64,000 bases of DNA from Bacteroidota bacterium (GCA_041846575.1 JBGZFC010000100.1:16925-80924); one strand, 5' to 3'; numbered from the stretch's first letter, positions 48,073-57,595 are shown. The notes: generated by a model from the sequence alone, not told the origin. A program made the numbers and translations.

Positions 48073-49302
48073 TTAAATAGTTTTCTTTCTACCATTGTAT
48101 CCTTTAGCCAGTCCTCCTTCTCCTGTCTCTTTGTACAGAGAAGGCAAATCGTGCCCTGTTTGTTTCATCACTTCAACCACTCGGTCAAACGATACAAGGT
48201 GTGTTCCATCGGTAAATGATGAGTATAGATTTGCATCCATGGCACGTGCTGCAGCATAAGCATTACGCTCGATACACGGAATTTGAACTAAGCCGCAAAT
48301 AGGGTCGCAAGTCATACCCAGATGGTGTTCTAAGCCCATTTCGGCAGCGTATTCTATCTGTGCCGGACTACCACCAAACAACTGACTTGCAGCAGCAGCT
48401 GCCATTGAACAAGCAACACCCACTTCTCCTTGACAACCCACTTCGGCTCCCGAAATAGATGCGTTTTGTTTTACTACATTACCAAACAGCCCGGCAGTGG
48501 CTAATGCTCTCAAAATTCGTGTTTCGCCAAAATCACGACTATCTTCCAGTTGATACAATACCGAAGGTAATACACCACAAGAACCACATGTTGGCGCTGT
48601 TACAATCTTACCGCCGGATGCATTCTCTTCCGAAACTGCCAAGGCATAGGCAAAAACCAAGCCACGCGATTGAAGCGATGATTTGTATCCTTTTGCTTTA
48701 ATAAAGTATGATGCCGCTTTGCGTTGCAAGTTGAGCGGACCGGGTAAAACACCTTCATTTTCTAAACCTCTTTTTACGGCAGCTTTCATTACTTTCCATA
48801 CTTCACGTAAGTGATCCCACAAATCGGTATCTTCGTGCATTTCAACGTACTCCCAATAAGTTCTTCCGTTCTCTTCACACCACTTTTTTATATCGGTAAT
48901 ATTGGTAAGTGGGTAAATATCTCGTTCTGCCGCTTCGGATAATCCCACTATTTGTGTGCCATCGCTCAATGCACCTCCCCCTATGCTGTAAACAGTCCAG
49001 GTATCTATGTTTTTGTTATCGGAGTCGTAAGCATCGAGTTTCAATGCGTTGGGGTGAAATGGTAAAAATGTTTTGGGTAGCCACACTATTGATGTAGGAG
49101 CAACAGGGTCTAATACCTTTAAAATAGCTTCGTCAGTTAAGTGTCCTTTTCCTGTTGCAGCAAGACTTCCATAGAGTGTTATCTCAAACTTCTTGGCTTG
49201 TAAATTTCTTTCGAGGAACATCTCTGCTGCTTTCTTAGGACCCATTGTATGGCTGCTCGATGGACCATTGCCTATACGAAAGAGTTCTTTTAATGATTTC
49301 AT
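48073..49302 (-). CDS. sdaA: L-serine ammonia-lyase, iron-sulfur-dependent, single chain
   Basis: GNGPSSSHTMGP, APTCGSCGVLP and GAEVGCQGEVGVA motifs. Confidence 0.95.
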   Translation of the reverse strand: MKSLKELFRIGNGPSSSHTMGPKKAAEMFLERNLQAKKFEITLYGSLAATGKGHLTDEAILKVLDPVAPTSIVWLPKTFLPFHPNALKLDAYDSDNKNIDTWTVYSIGGGALSDGTQIVGLSEAAERDIYPLTNITDIKKWCEENGRTYWEYVEMHEDTDLWDHLREVWKVMKAAVKRGLENEGVLPGPLNLQRKAASYFIKAKGYKSSLQSRGLVFAYALAVSEENASGGKIVTAPTCGSCGVLPSVLYQLEDSRDFGETRILRALATAGLFGNVVKQNASISGAEVGCQGEVGVACSMAAAAASQLFGGSPAQIEYAAEMGLEHHLGMTCDPICGLVQIPCIERNAYAAARAMDANLYSSFTDGTHLVSFDRVVEVMKQTGHDLPSLYKETGEGGLAKGYNGRKKTI

Positions 49303-49472
49303 GTTTATTATTTTGATATTTGTTTTTAATATTGAATGATTGATGTGTTTGTTTTTTTCAGTTTAACGTAAGTTCGATGTAAGAAAATAGCCTAATCATT
49401 AGGTGTATAGCAGAAAATTTAGAGTTAAAGGCTTTAAGTTCTGACTAATAAATTCTTACTGATAACTTCTCT

Positions 49473-49553
49473 ATGATTCCGGACCATAAAGTTACTGATT
49501 TTTATTTCATAATTGATAAGTTTTTCAGAGATTTTGATAAAACCATCCATTAG
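49473..49553 (+). pseudogene. IS982-family-like transposase N-terminal fragment
   Basis: MIPDHKVTDFYFIIDKFFRDFDKTIH* resembles the IS982 N-terminus (KITEIFxxxDEFCKEF pattern). Only 26 codons. Confidence 0.4.
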
Positions 49554-49645
49554 TGTTCTTTAAAAAACACAGTTGTCCTTAAAACAAATACGTTTTATCT
49601 CGATTAGTCAAGTTTATTGATTGTTTTTAATTCTGTTGTATTGTG

Positions 49646-49790
49646 GATAAGTATCAAGGTGATAGGTATATAAAATTTAAGCCAGAATTATTACAAAATT
49701 ATCTGTATGAGCTATGTTACAAGTTTAACCGCAGATATTTTGGATAAGCTCTATCGGGCAGACTACCGATAGCTTGTGTTGGTTATTCAA
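49646..49790 (+). pseudogene. IS1595-family transposase C-terminal fragment
   Basis: ...LLQNYLYELCYKFNRRYFG* then ...RLPIACV.... This matches the IS1595 C-terminal signature LQxYLxEFxYRFNRR. Confidence 0.55.
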
Positions 49791-49837
49791 AATAAATTCA
49801 GGTATAAGTACGGATAATCATTATATTTAGTCAATGA

Positions 49838-49878
49838 AAAAAGCAGCATCCCAAAAGGATTATTCTTTCAGGATGCTA
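49838..49878 (-). terminator. Rho-independent terminator of nrdJ
   Basis: Minus-strand hairpin AGCATCC...GGATGCT followed by TTTTTTC. Confidence 0.55.
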
Positions 49879-49889
49879 CCAAATAAAAT

Positions 49890-52430
49890 CTATCCACATT
49901 TAGAAGCTCCACAGTTTCTGCATTTTAGGCAACCTTCCTGATAAACAAGAGTTTCGTGCCCACAAACAGGGCATTTTTGTCCTTTAGCTTCTGTTTCGTT
50001 TGGTAAATATTTTTTAAGCGCACGTTCAACGCCGTTTTTCCAAGTATTGATAGTTTCGCTATCCAATTCAAGCCCAGATACAAGTTTTATAACCTGATCG
50101 ATAGGCATCCCATAACGCAATACTCCGGAAATAAGTTTCGCGTAGTTCCAGAACTCAGGATTAAACTTTCCGTCCAATCCTTCTATAGTTACTTTGTAAC
50201 CACGTCTGTTTTGGAATTGAAAATCGTAGTGTTTGCGACCGTCGCTATCATAAGCTTTTATAATTTTCCCCGAATTTACGCTTTTTGGAAGCATAATACC
50301 GTCATCTTCATCATTTATCCCCGTGAAAATCTCGTAAGGACGTCCTTCAACCAGTCCGATAAATGCAATCCACTTCTCTTTGTTGTTTTGAAACTTAATT
50401 ACATCAGCCTCCAACTCTGTAGGACGCGATGTTAATATTTGCGGCAATTCATAACAATCGTCATCATTTTTACCAACAGCATCATCATTAGCAATAAGAA
50501 CACCGGCTCTTGAGCCATCGCGATACACAGTACAACCTTTACAGCCGCTTTTCCAGGCTTCCATATACAATTTATCAACAAGTTCTTCGGTTGTGTCGGC
50601 AGGTAGATTGATAGTTACACTAATGGAATGGTCAACCCATTTCTGAACACGTCCTTGCATTTTAACTTTTTGCAACCAATCCACATCATTCGATGTAGCT
50701 TTAAAATATGGCGATTTTTCAACCAATTCGTCAATCTCTTCGTTGCTATATATTTTGGTAGTTGAATAACCGTTAGCCTCCATCCAAGTAACAAATTTGT
50801 GGTGGAAAACAGTATATTCTTCCCAAGAATCTCCATTTTCGTCAACAAAAGTGATTCTTACATCTTTATCGTTCGGATTAACTTTGCGACGACGTTTGTA
50901 AACCGGCATAAATACAGGTTCGATACCCGAAGTAGTTTGAGACATTAGGCTGGTTGTGCCCGTAGGTGCAATCGTAAGACAAGCAATATTGCGACGTCCA
51001 TATTTTATCATATCGTCATATAGCTGACTATCTTCATTTTTCAATCTGTTTATAAATGGATTATTTTTTTCTCTTTTTGCGTCATAAACTTGGAATGCAC
51101 CACGCTCTTTTGCCATCTCAACTGATGATGCATAGGCATTAAGAGCCAATACTTTATGTACCTCTTCAGAAAAATCGTTTCCACCTTCGCTTCCATAACG
51201 GATACCCAACGCTGCAAGCATGTCTCCTTCTGCAGTAATACCAACACCTGTACGACGACCTTCAAGAGTTTTGGTGCGTATTTTATTCCAAAGATTTCTT
51301 TCTGCCTGCTTAACCTCTTCTGTTTCAGGATCAGATTCAATCTTTTCGAGTATTAGATCAATCTTTTCAGACTCCAGGTCGATAATATCATCCATTATTC
51401 TTTGTGCTAATCTCACATGTTTGCTGAAAAGTTCGAAATCGAAATAAGCATCTTCTTTGAACGGGTTTACCACATACGAATAGAGATTGATTGCCAACAG
51501 ACGACAACTATCGTAAGGACAAAGCGGAATTTCGCCACATGGATTGGTCGATACTGTTTTAAAACCCAAATCGGCATAACAGTCGGCTACCGATTCGCGA
51601 ATTATTGTGTCCCAAAACAGTACTCCCGGTTCAGCTGAACGCCAAGCATTATGTACAATCTTTTCCCACAACTTTTTTGCGTTAATTGATTTTTTGTAAG
51701 AAGGGTTGGTAGAATCAATGGGATATTGCTGTGTATATGATTTCTCTTCGGAAACTGCTTGCATGAAATCGTCATCTATCTTAACGGAGATATTAGCTCC
51801 GGTAACTTTTCCTTGCTCCAATTTTGCATCGATAAAATCTTCGGCATCAGGATGTTTAATAGATACGCTTAACATTAATGCACCGCGTCTGCCGTCTTGT
51901 GCCACCTCGCGTGTTGAATTTGAATAACGCTCCATAAACGGCACCAATCCGGTGGAGGTCAATGCAGAATTCTTTACAGGCGAGCCTTTCGGGCGAATGT
52001 GCGACAAGTCATGACCTACTCCGCCACGACGTTTCATCAGTTGCACTTGCTCCTCATCAATACGGATAATTGCGCCATAAGAGTCGGCACTTCCATTCAA
52101 ACCTATCACAAAACAGTTTGATAATGATGCTACTTGAAAATCATTCCCTATTCCTGTCATCGGGCTTCCTTGTGGGATAATATAACGGAATCGGTCGAAT
52201 AGGTCAAACAACTCCTGCTCGCTAAGCGGGTTGGCATATTTATTCTCGATTCGAGCAATCTCTTTTGCCAATCGCCAATGCATGTCTTCGGGATTTCTTT
52301 CATAAATGTCTCCATGGCTGTCTTTCAATGCGTATTTGCTAACCCAAACTTTCGCTGCGAGTTCATCTCCCTGAAAGTAATCCAATGAAGCCTGATACGC
52401 TTCATCGAACGTGTAATTTCTTTTCTTCAT
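49890..52430 (-). CDS. nrdJ: Adenosylcobalamin-dependent (class II) ribonucleotide reductase
   Basis: 846 aa. NPCGEIPL active-site motif, TIAPTGTTS, and a C-terminal CPVCGH...CLKCRNCG zinc ribbon. Confidence 0.9.
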   Translation of the reverse strand: MKKRNYTFDEAYQASLDYFQGDELAAKVWVSKYALKDSHGDIYERNPEDMHWRLAKEIARIENKYANPLSEQELFDLFDRFRYIIPQGSPMTGIGNDFQVASLSNCFVIGLNGSADSYGAIIRIDEEQVQLMKRRGGVGHDLSHIRPKGSPVKNSALTSTGLVPFMERYSNSTREVAQDGRRGALMLSVSIKHPDAEDFIDAKLEQGKVTGANISVKIDDDFMQAVSEEKSYTQQYPIDSTNPSYKKSINAKKLWEKIVHNAWRSAEPGVLFWDTIIRESVADCYADLGFKTVSTNPCGEIPLCPYDSCRLLAINLYSYVVNPFKEDAYFDFELFSKHVRLAQRIMDDIIDLESEKIDLILEKIESDPETEEVKQAERNLWNKIRTKTLEGRRTGVGITAEGDMLAALGIRYGSEGGNDFSEEVHKVLALNAYASSVEMAKERGAFQVYDAKREKNNPFINRLKNEDSQLYDDMIKYGRRNIACLTIAPTGTTSLMSQTTSGIEPVFMPVYKRRRKVNPNDKDVRITFVDENGDSWEEYTVFHHKFVTWMEANGYSTTKIYSNEEIDELVEKSPYFKATSNDVDWLQKVKMQGRVQKWVDHSISVTINLPADTTEELVDKLYMEAWKSGCKGCTVYRDGSRAGVLIANDDAVGKNDDDCYELPQILTSRPTELEADVIKFQNNKEKWIAFIGLVEGRPYEIFTGINDEDDGIMLPKSVNSGKIIKAYDSDGRKHYDFQFQNRRGYKVTIEGLDGKFNPEFWNYAKLISGVLRYGMPIDQVIKLVSGLELDSETINTWKNGVERALKKYLPNETEAKGQKCPVCGHETLVYQEGCLKCRNCGASKCG

Positions 52431-52962
52431 TTTTTTGTATGTATTTTGTGTGTTTTATTATGAAAAATATTTTTATGCTTGCATTTGTATTTTAATTTGC
52501 AAGTTTATAAAACATTTTTCTACCTGCAAAATATTTTCCAATATAGTTATCAACAATAATGCAAAGTTTTCTTAAAGTTTATAAATATCACTTATAATCA
52601 GTATATTAAGAATTAGATGATCGTAAATTGTTTTCCAATTTGGGAAATTATTCTACAATATGAGAAGATATGATTTGTTTGTTGTGAATTTCAGATAGTT
52701 ATATTATATACAAAAATACTATCAAGTTAAATTATCACATCGCCCGAATTTGTAACTTGTAATAACTATTATTATTATGTAATTCTACTTTCGTAAGTTC
52801 CGTTTATCCGGCTTGCGGTGGGTTTTTAAAATTTAAATTTTTTGTAATTGTTTCATTTTCAGAGAGCATTTTCTGTATTAACACTTCAGAGTCTATTTCG
52901 AGAATTTCGTACAATTTTGCTGCAATCTTTATGATAATTAATATCTGTTCGGTTATGGTAAT

Positions 52963-53250
52963 TCAGAGTGAATCTTTTTGTGCCAATTGAAACAGTTCGG
53001 CAAATCTTTCGTAGTCATTTAATCGTTTTACAACCGAAAGCAGGTTATATTGCAACCTGCAAAGCATTGTGGCTGCATTTTGAGTATCAAAATCTTGTGC
53101 CTGAATTTTCCTAAGTTCGGGTATTGCATGCTTTCTTTGAAAGATACCTCTACCGACCAGCGTGGTTTGAGTATATTTTATAGAATTGTGTTAGAAAGTC
53201 AATTTCGTGTTGGTAGTCATCATGGTATTCCGGTTGCTTTTTTAGAAGCC
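52963..53250 (-). pseudogene. DDE transposase C-terminal remnant (IS4-like), frameshifted
   Basis: Minus-strand frames give ...KPRWSVEVSFKESMQYPNLGKF and QAQDFDTQNAATMLCRLQYNLLSVVKRL...KDSL*. RW(S/x)(I/V)E is a typical DDE-transposase C-terminal motif. Confidence 0.5.
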
Positions 53251-53323
53251 TTATAGAAAAACAGTTTCACCCGCATCTATCTGACGACCTGTTTTATGTA
53301 AATCAGTATCGTTGCTTATTAAT

Positions 53324-53431
53324 GCTTTTGTTTTGCAACTTAAAATTACTGAATTTCAGCAGTTTCTCCAAATATATATGCTGTTTTTTGTTAATAATCA
53401 GGAGGTTATTATACTTGCGAAAGTTGAATAA
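53324..53431 (+). repeat. ~110-bp repeat R2 (direct copy of 23330-23441)
   Basis: See R1. Same orientation, and again just downstream of an IS scar. Confidence 0.7.
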
Positions 53432-53658
53432 TTATAAATATACAACAAATGAAAACCCTTTTCAAATTATCTATAATTGATTATTTTTGCAATAAAAAAT
53501 ATCAATAGTTCGGTATATTTTTAAAAAAGCCATTGTAATACGCTGAATTTCAGATAAATATGCCGTATTGGGGCTGATGTATAACTATTTGATTACAAGC
53601 TATCTAAATAAAAATTTAACGAACTGTTGTAATATAAAACAGAGAAAAAATTAAACTT

Positions 53659-54057
53659 ATGAAAACAGACAGCTCAAAACGTATATCTCCTGAATTTATC
53701 ACAGAACTTGAAGAGAATGAAATTTTTGTTTTTGGAAGCAATTTAGACGGAATGCATGCCGGTGGTGCCGCTAAGATTGCGCATAATAGTTTTGGTGCCG
53801 TATGGGGCGAAGGAGTGGGACTTCATGGCAGGAGCTATGCAATCCCTACAATGCACGGTGGCTTGAATGCTATCAAACCTTACGTGGATGATTTTATCGA
53901 ATTTGCTCGTGAAAATCCTGAAATGATATTCCTTGTAACACGTGTCGGGTGCGGTATTGCCGGTTTTCGTGATGAAGAGATGGCTTCACTATTTCGAAAA
54001 GCGATAGAACTTGAAAATGTGTATTTGCCGGAGATTTGGTGGGAGATTTTAAATTAA
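53659..54057 (+). CDS. A1S_2505-family phage-type non-structural protein homologue
   Basis: IFVFGSNLDGMHAGGAAKIA...GEGVGLHGRSYAIPT...VTRVGCGIAGF. The motif pattern of that family is recalled from memory. Confidence 0.65.
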   Translation: MKTDSSKRISPEFITELEENEIFVFGSNLDGMHAGGAAKIAHNSFGAVWGEGVGLHGRSYAIPTMHGGLNAIKPYVDDFIEFARENPEMIFLVTRVGCGIAGFRDEEMASLFRKAIELENVYLPEIWWEILN

Positions 54058-54238
54058 GAATTAAAAAATAACAATTAACAATTATTGATTGTTGCGATAT
54101 GTTTATGTACAATGGAGATTTTACAACTACAATGTGCTTTTATCTGCTCGCATGCGAAATATATCTATTTCAAATTTTTAATATCGAAGGCAAAGCCATC
54201 GTTTCTTGTACAATGTAATACGTAACACAATTGTCTTA

Positions 54239-54871
54239 TTAATCAGAGGTCATAATATGATATCTATTCAAAATATTTTCGACTCTTACCGAAATATTAT
54301 CTTCCAAATCGAGCATAGCATTTATAAAATAGACTCTCTCGTAAAGGTGCAAATCGTTAACGGAAATTTCTTTTTCTGAAATAGTGCCATTTTGCAGTAA
54401 GAATTGTCGTTTTGTGCCGTTCAATAGAAATGATTCGGGCGTAAATAATTGTCCGTCACGTGTTTCAAAAACAAGATTACTATAAGAAGAGTCTGTTATT
54501 TTGCCGTTTTTCAAGATAATTATTTCGTCAGCACCGTCTCTTTTCTCTAATAATCTGTTAAGAGAACTTCTATCGGCATATTTATAATTATAAATAATAT
54601 TGTTATCCTCAACTATTTGCAAAGAGCGAATTTGTTTGGCTTGATAAGCATGAAATTCCACCGAAAGAATATCTTCTGCATATAAAATTCTGCATTTCAC
54701 TCTTTTATCTCTCAATTTTTGGGGAATACCGGACATTTTTATATCCAGAAATGGTTCTGTTTTATAGTGCAGATATGCGGTTTCAGCCAATCTGCGTTGA
54801 TGAAAGTCGAAATTACAGACTGTTCCGTTTTCTATTTTTATTGTCTCTAAAAAGATGGTTTTCTCACTCAT
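54239..54871 (-). CDS. pabC: Aminodeoxychorismate lyase-like (aminotransferase class IV fold)
   Basis: Start at the ATG at 54871 (MSEKTIFLETIKIENG), overlapping the pabB stop by 1 nt. Class IV-like C-terminal pattern. Confidence 0.7.
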   Translation of the reverse strand: MSEKTIFLETIKIENGTVCNFDFHQRRLAETAYLHYKTEPFLDIKMSGIPQKLRDKRVKCRILYAEDILSVEFHAYQAKQIRSLQIVEDNNIIYNYKYADRSSLNRLLEKRDGADEIIILKNGKITDSSYSNLVFETRDGQLFTPESFLLNGTKRQFLLQNGTISEKEISVNDLHLYERVYFINAMLDLEDNISVRVENILNRYHIMTSD

Positions 54872-55845
54872 TAAAAAGATAGATATACCTTGTTCAACAC
54901 CTCTTGATACTCGTTTTTGCAAATACTTTTTGCGGTAACTCCTCCACCGCTTCTAAAGTATAAATTGTTGTTGTCTTGCTCAATAAAACGTATCAACACA
55001 GCCGAATCGAGAGCTTTTCCATCGAAGTATCCGGCTATGCCACAGTAATAATTTCTGTCTATTTTTTCTACTTCTCTTATAATTTCCACGGCTTTTTGTT
55101 TTGGTTCCCCAATTATAGATGCTCCCGGCAACAAAGAAAATATGGTATCGCCTATTGAGTTTTTACACTCTTCTTTTAACGTTCCTACAACTTCGGAACT
55201 CACTTGCAACAGATTTTTCCTGTTTGTACGAATATTATCAATATATCTGTGTCGAACCACTTCAACATCGGTGGCTACAAATTCAAGTTCACTGATTATA
55301 AGCGAAACTGCAACATTATGCTCCTCTATCTCTTTTTTATCTTCGATAATAATTTTTTTGGCATTGGGCAAACTTGCATCTATCGTGCCTTTCATAGGAT
55401 TTGTAGAGATTTTGTCATCTTCAATTTTTATAAATCTTTCGGGCGAAAAACAGACAAATCTGTTTGGGACATAAATCTGATACGGCGAATTACTTAATGA
55501 AAAAATATTTTCCAAATTTAGATTTGTCTTAATTTGTGTCCGTTCCGTTAAGTTGACATAGGAGATTTCTCCGTTTTGCAGATATTTTTGCAAATTTTCG
55601 AATTTGCTTTTATAACTTTCGCGATTGTTTGGAATCACTTCAAACTCAACATCAACATCTGTTGGTGGTTGCGATGATTTGTTTTTTCCGGTAGGAAAAT
55701 AGAAATATATTTCAGACTGATTTAGCGGGTTTTCCACCAAATATCCTTCGGTCATTTCATAATTTATAGCGAAAAAAAATGGTTGCGATTCGTTGTACAA
55801 CCTGTTGATTTTTTCTTTCAGAATATCACAGTTTGTGTAAAGCAT
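54871..55845 (-). CDS. pabB: Aminodeoxychorismate synthase component I (short chorismate-binding form)
   Basis: SPERFIKI, NPMKGT, PGASIIGEPK, YCGIAGYFD and GGGVTA chorismate-binding motifs. Confidence 0.8.
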   Translation of the reverse strand: MLYTNCDILKEKINRLYNESQPFFFAINYEMTEGYLVENPLNQSEIYFYFPTGKNKSSQPPTDVDVEFEVIPNNRESYKSKFENLQKYLQNGEISYVNLTERTQIKTNLNLENIFSLSNSPYQIYVPNRFVCFSPERFIKIEDDKISTNPMKGTIDASLPNAKKIIIEDKKEIEEHNVAVSLIISELEFVATDVEVVRHRYIDNIRTNRKNLLQVSSEVVGTLKEECKNSIGDTIFSLLPGASIIGEPKQKAVEIIREVEKIDRNYYCGIAGYFDGKALDSAVLIRFIEQDNNNLYFRSGGGVTAKSICKNEYQEVLNKVYLSF

Positions 55846-55964
55846 ATATAATAATGATTAAATTGTTTTATATTATTTCATGACTATTCGCAAAACTTCA
55901 TAATCAATTAGCACTGCCCTTTAGGGCGTGGATAAATAGTTATAAATTCAATAAGGCTTTAGCC

Positions 55965-56043
55965 AAAATTTAAACAATCTTGGGCTAAAGCCCGTTTTCT
56001 AAGGCGGTTTTACCCACGAGTTAAAACTCGTGGTAATTGATAA
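55965..56043. repeat. REP-like pair of perfect hairpins
   Basis: GGCTTTAGCC (55965-55974) pairs with GGCTAAAGCC (55983-55992). CCACGAGTT-AA-AACTCGTGG lies at 56024-56043. Confidence 0.6.
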
Positions 56044-56074
56044 ATGTTTTTAAGGACACATTACAGACAAGCAT

Positions 56075-56857
56075 TTATTGTTTTGATTCTATTTTGTATG
56101 CATCGTGATAAAAAATGAATATTCTATTTTCATCTCTACAAATATCCAACAGCCGTTTTTTCTCGTCAAACGCCAGCGATGCATTATTGTCGTATGCCGA
56201 CAGCCAACCGAGGTTTAGATGTAGCGAAGTTGGGATAACATCTCCCGGGAAAACATATTTTTTGTTCTCTGTTTCGAAAAACAGTGCAATTTGTCCGGGC
56301 GTATGCCCATCGAAAAGTTTTATGCTGCAATTTGGGGTCAGCTCCATATCTTTTTCCACAAGTTGCAGTCGATTTGCATGATATACTGGTTCTATATTAT
56401 CAGAGAAAAACGAATAGGCTTCAAATTGCGACGGCGAACGATAATTTTCCCACTGTTTGCGACTGACCCAGTGAGTTGCGTTGGGGAAAACGGGAATAGC
56501 CTTGTTGTTTTGCCCAATTTGGGTGCAACCGCCACAATGGTCAAAATGCAGATGCGTAAGCACAACATCGGTAATTTCATCCGTGCCAAATCCCTTTTCC
56601 GCTATCGTTTCGGAGATATTTTTCACATCGTGAAATTTGTAATATTTCAACTTCGAAAAGTGCTTATCACCCACACCCGTATCTACCAAAATCAAACGGG
56701 ATTGCGTTTCAATCAACAGACAACGCATCGATAATATGCAAAGATTGTCTTTATCGACAGGATATTTTTTCGACCAATATTTTTTCGGTGCCGAACCAAA
56801 CATAACACCTCCATCGGCATAAAATTTACCTGCCTCAAAAGTATGGTAGTTGAGCAT
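56075..56857 (-). CDS. MBL-fold metallo-hydrolase
   Basis: VVLTHLHFDHCGG (HxHxDH) motif. Confidence 0.85.
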   Translation of the reverse strand: MLNYHTFEAGKFYADGGVMFGSAPKKYWSKKYPVDKDNLCILSMRCLLIETQSRLILVDTGVGDKHFSKLKYYKFHDVKNISETIAEKGFGTDEITDVVLTHLHFDHCGGCTQIGQNNKAIPVFPNATHWVSRKQWENYRSPSQFEAYSFFSDNIEPVYHANRLQLVEKDMELTPNCSIKLFDGHTPGQIALFFETENKKYVFPGDVIPTSLHLNLGWLSAYDNNASLAFDEKKRLLDICRDENRIFIFYHDAYKIESKQ

Positions 56858-57064
56858 ATTGTTGTAATTTTGTACAAAAATAGTAAAAGTTTTGTGTAGA
56901 ATGAATATTTAGATTGCATTATTATAATGTCGGATGACCGATGTCGGTTGTCAAAAATGTTGCTGTAACATATAATATGTCAGTGTAAAATATATTTAAA
57001 TTGTTTACATTCAGCTTTTAAACTAAAAATCTGTTTACTTATAAACCTGTCAATTAAAAAAAAG

Positions 57065-57595
57065 ATGATTCCGAACAAACAAGACAATATTGCCGAATAT
57101 CTGCTCTTTATGTGGCAGATGGAAGACATTTTACGTGCACTTAATTTAGATATAGAAATGGTCGAAGAGACGCTTGTTAAAACAATTTATCAGTTGGGAG
57201 AGGAGCAAAAAAATGCACGCGATTGGTACGAAGGACTTATTATGATGATGAAATCGGAAGGTGTGCAAGAAAAAGGGCACTTGCAAATCAACAAGAACAT
57301 TATTATTGAGCTAACCGATCTACATCTCCGTATAGTGAATAATCCGAGCGAATCTGCATATATTGTCACTTATTACAAAACTTTGCCACACATTGTTGCA
57401 CTTAGAGCTAAATCGGGACAGGCTGATACTTCGGAAATAGAGACATGTTTTATCGCTCTTTACGGATATATGCTTCTAAAACTTCAAAAGAGAGAGATTT
57501 CTAACAAAACTCAAGCTGCTGTGGCACAGATAAGTAATTTTATTAAGTTGTTATCGGAAAAGTATAAGACTGATGGAATGGATTTTGCTGAATAA
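57065..57595 (+). CDS. DUF4924 family protein
   Basis: NIAEYLLFMWQMEDILRA N-terminal motif typical of this Bacteroidota family (from memory). Confidence 0.7.
   Translation: MIPNKQDNIAEYLLFMWQMEDILRALNLDIEMVEETLVKTIYQLGEEQKNARDWYEGLIMMMKSEGVQEKGHLQINKNIIIELTDLHLRIVNNPSESAYIVTYYKTLPHIVALRAKSGQADTSEIETCFIALYGYMLLKLQKREISNKTQAAVAQISNFIKLLSEKYKTDGMDFAE

Noticed and set aside
52431-52800. Cobalamin riboswitch or NrdR boxes upstream of class II RNR nrdJ.
   Set aside because: There is no recognisable B12-box and no palindromic NrdR-type box. Only a CTTGCA...TGCAAG palindrome is present (about 52478-52506). Not supportable by eye.
23330-53431. The idea that the two ~110-bp direct repeats delimit a 30-kb genomic island or composite transposon.
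   Set aside because: The enclosed genes are overwhelmingly core housekeeping genes (prfC, lipA/B, trmD, miaB, sdaA, nrdJ). No integrase or transposase is intact.
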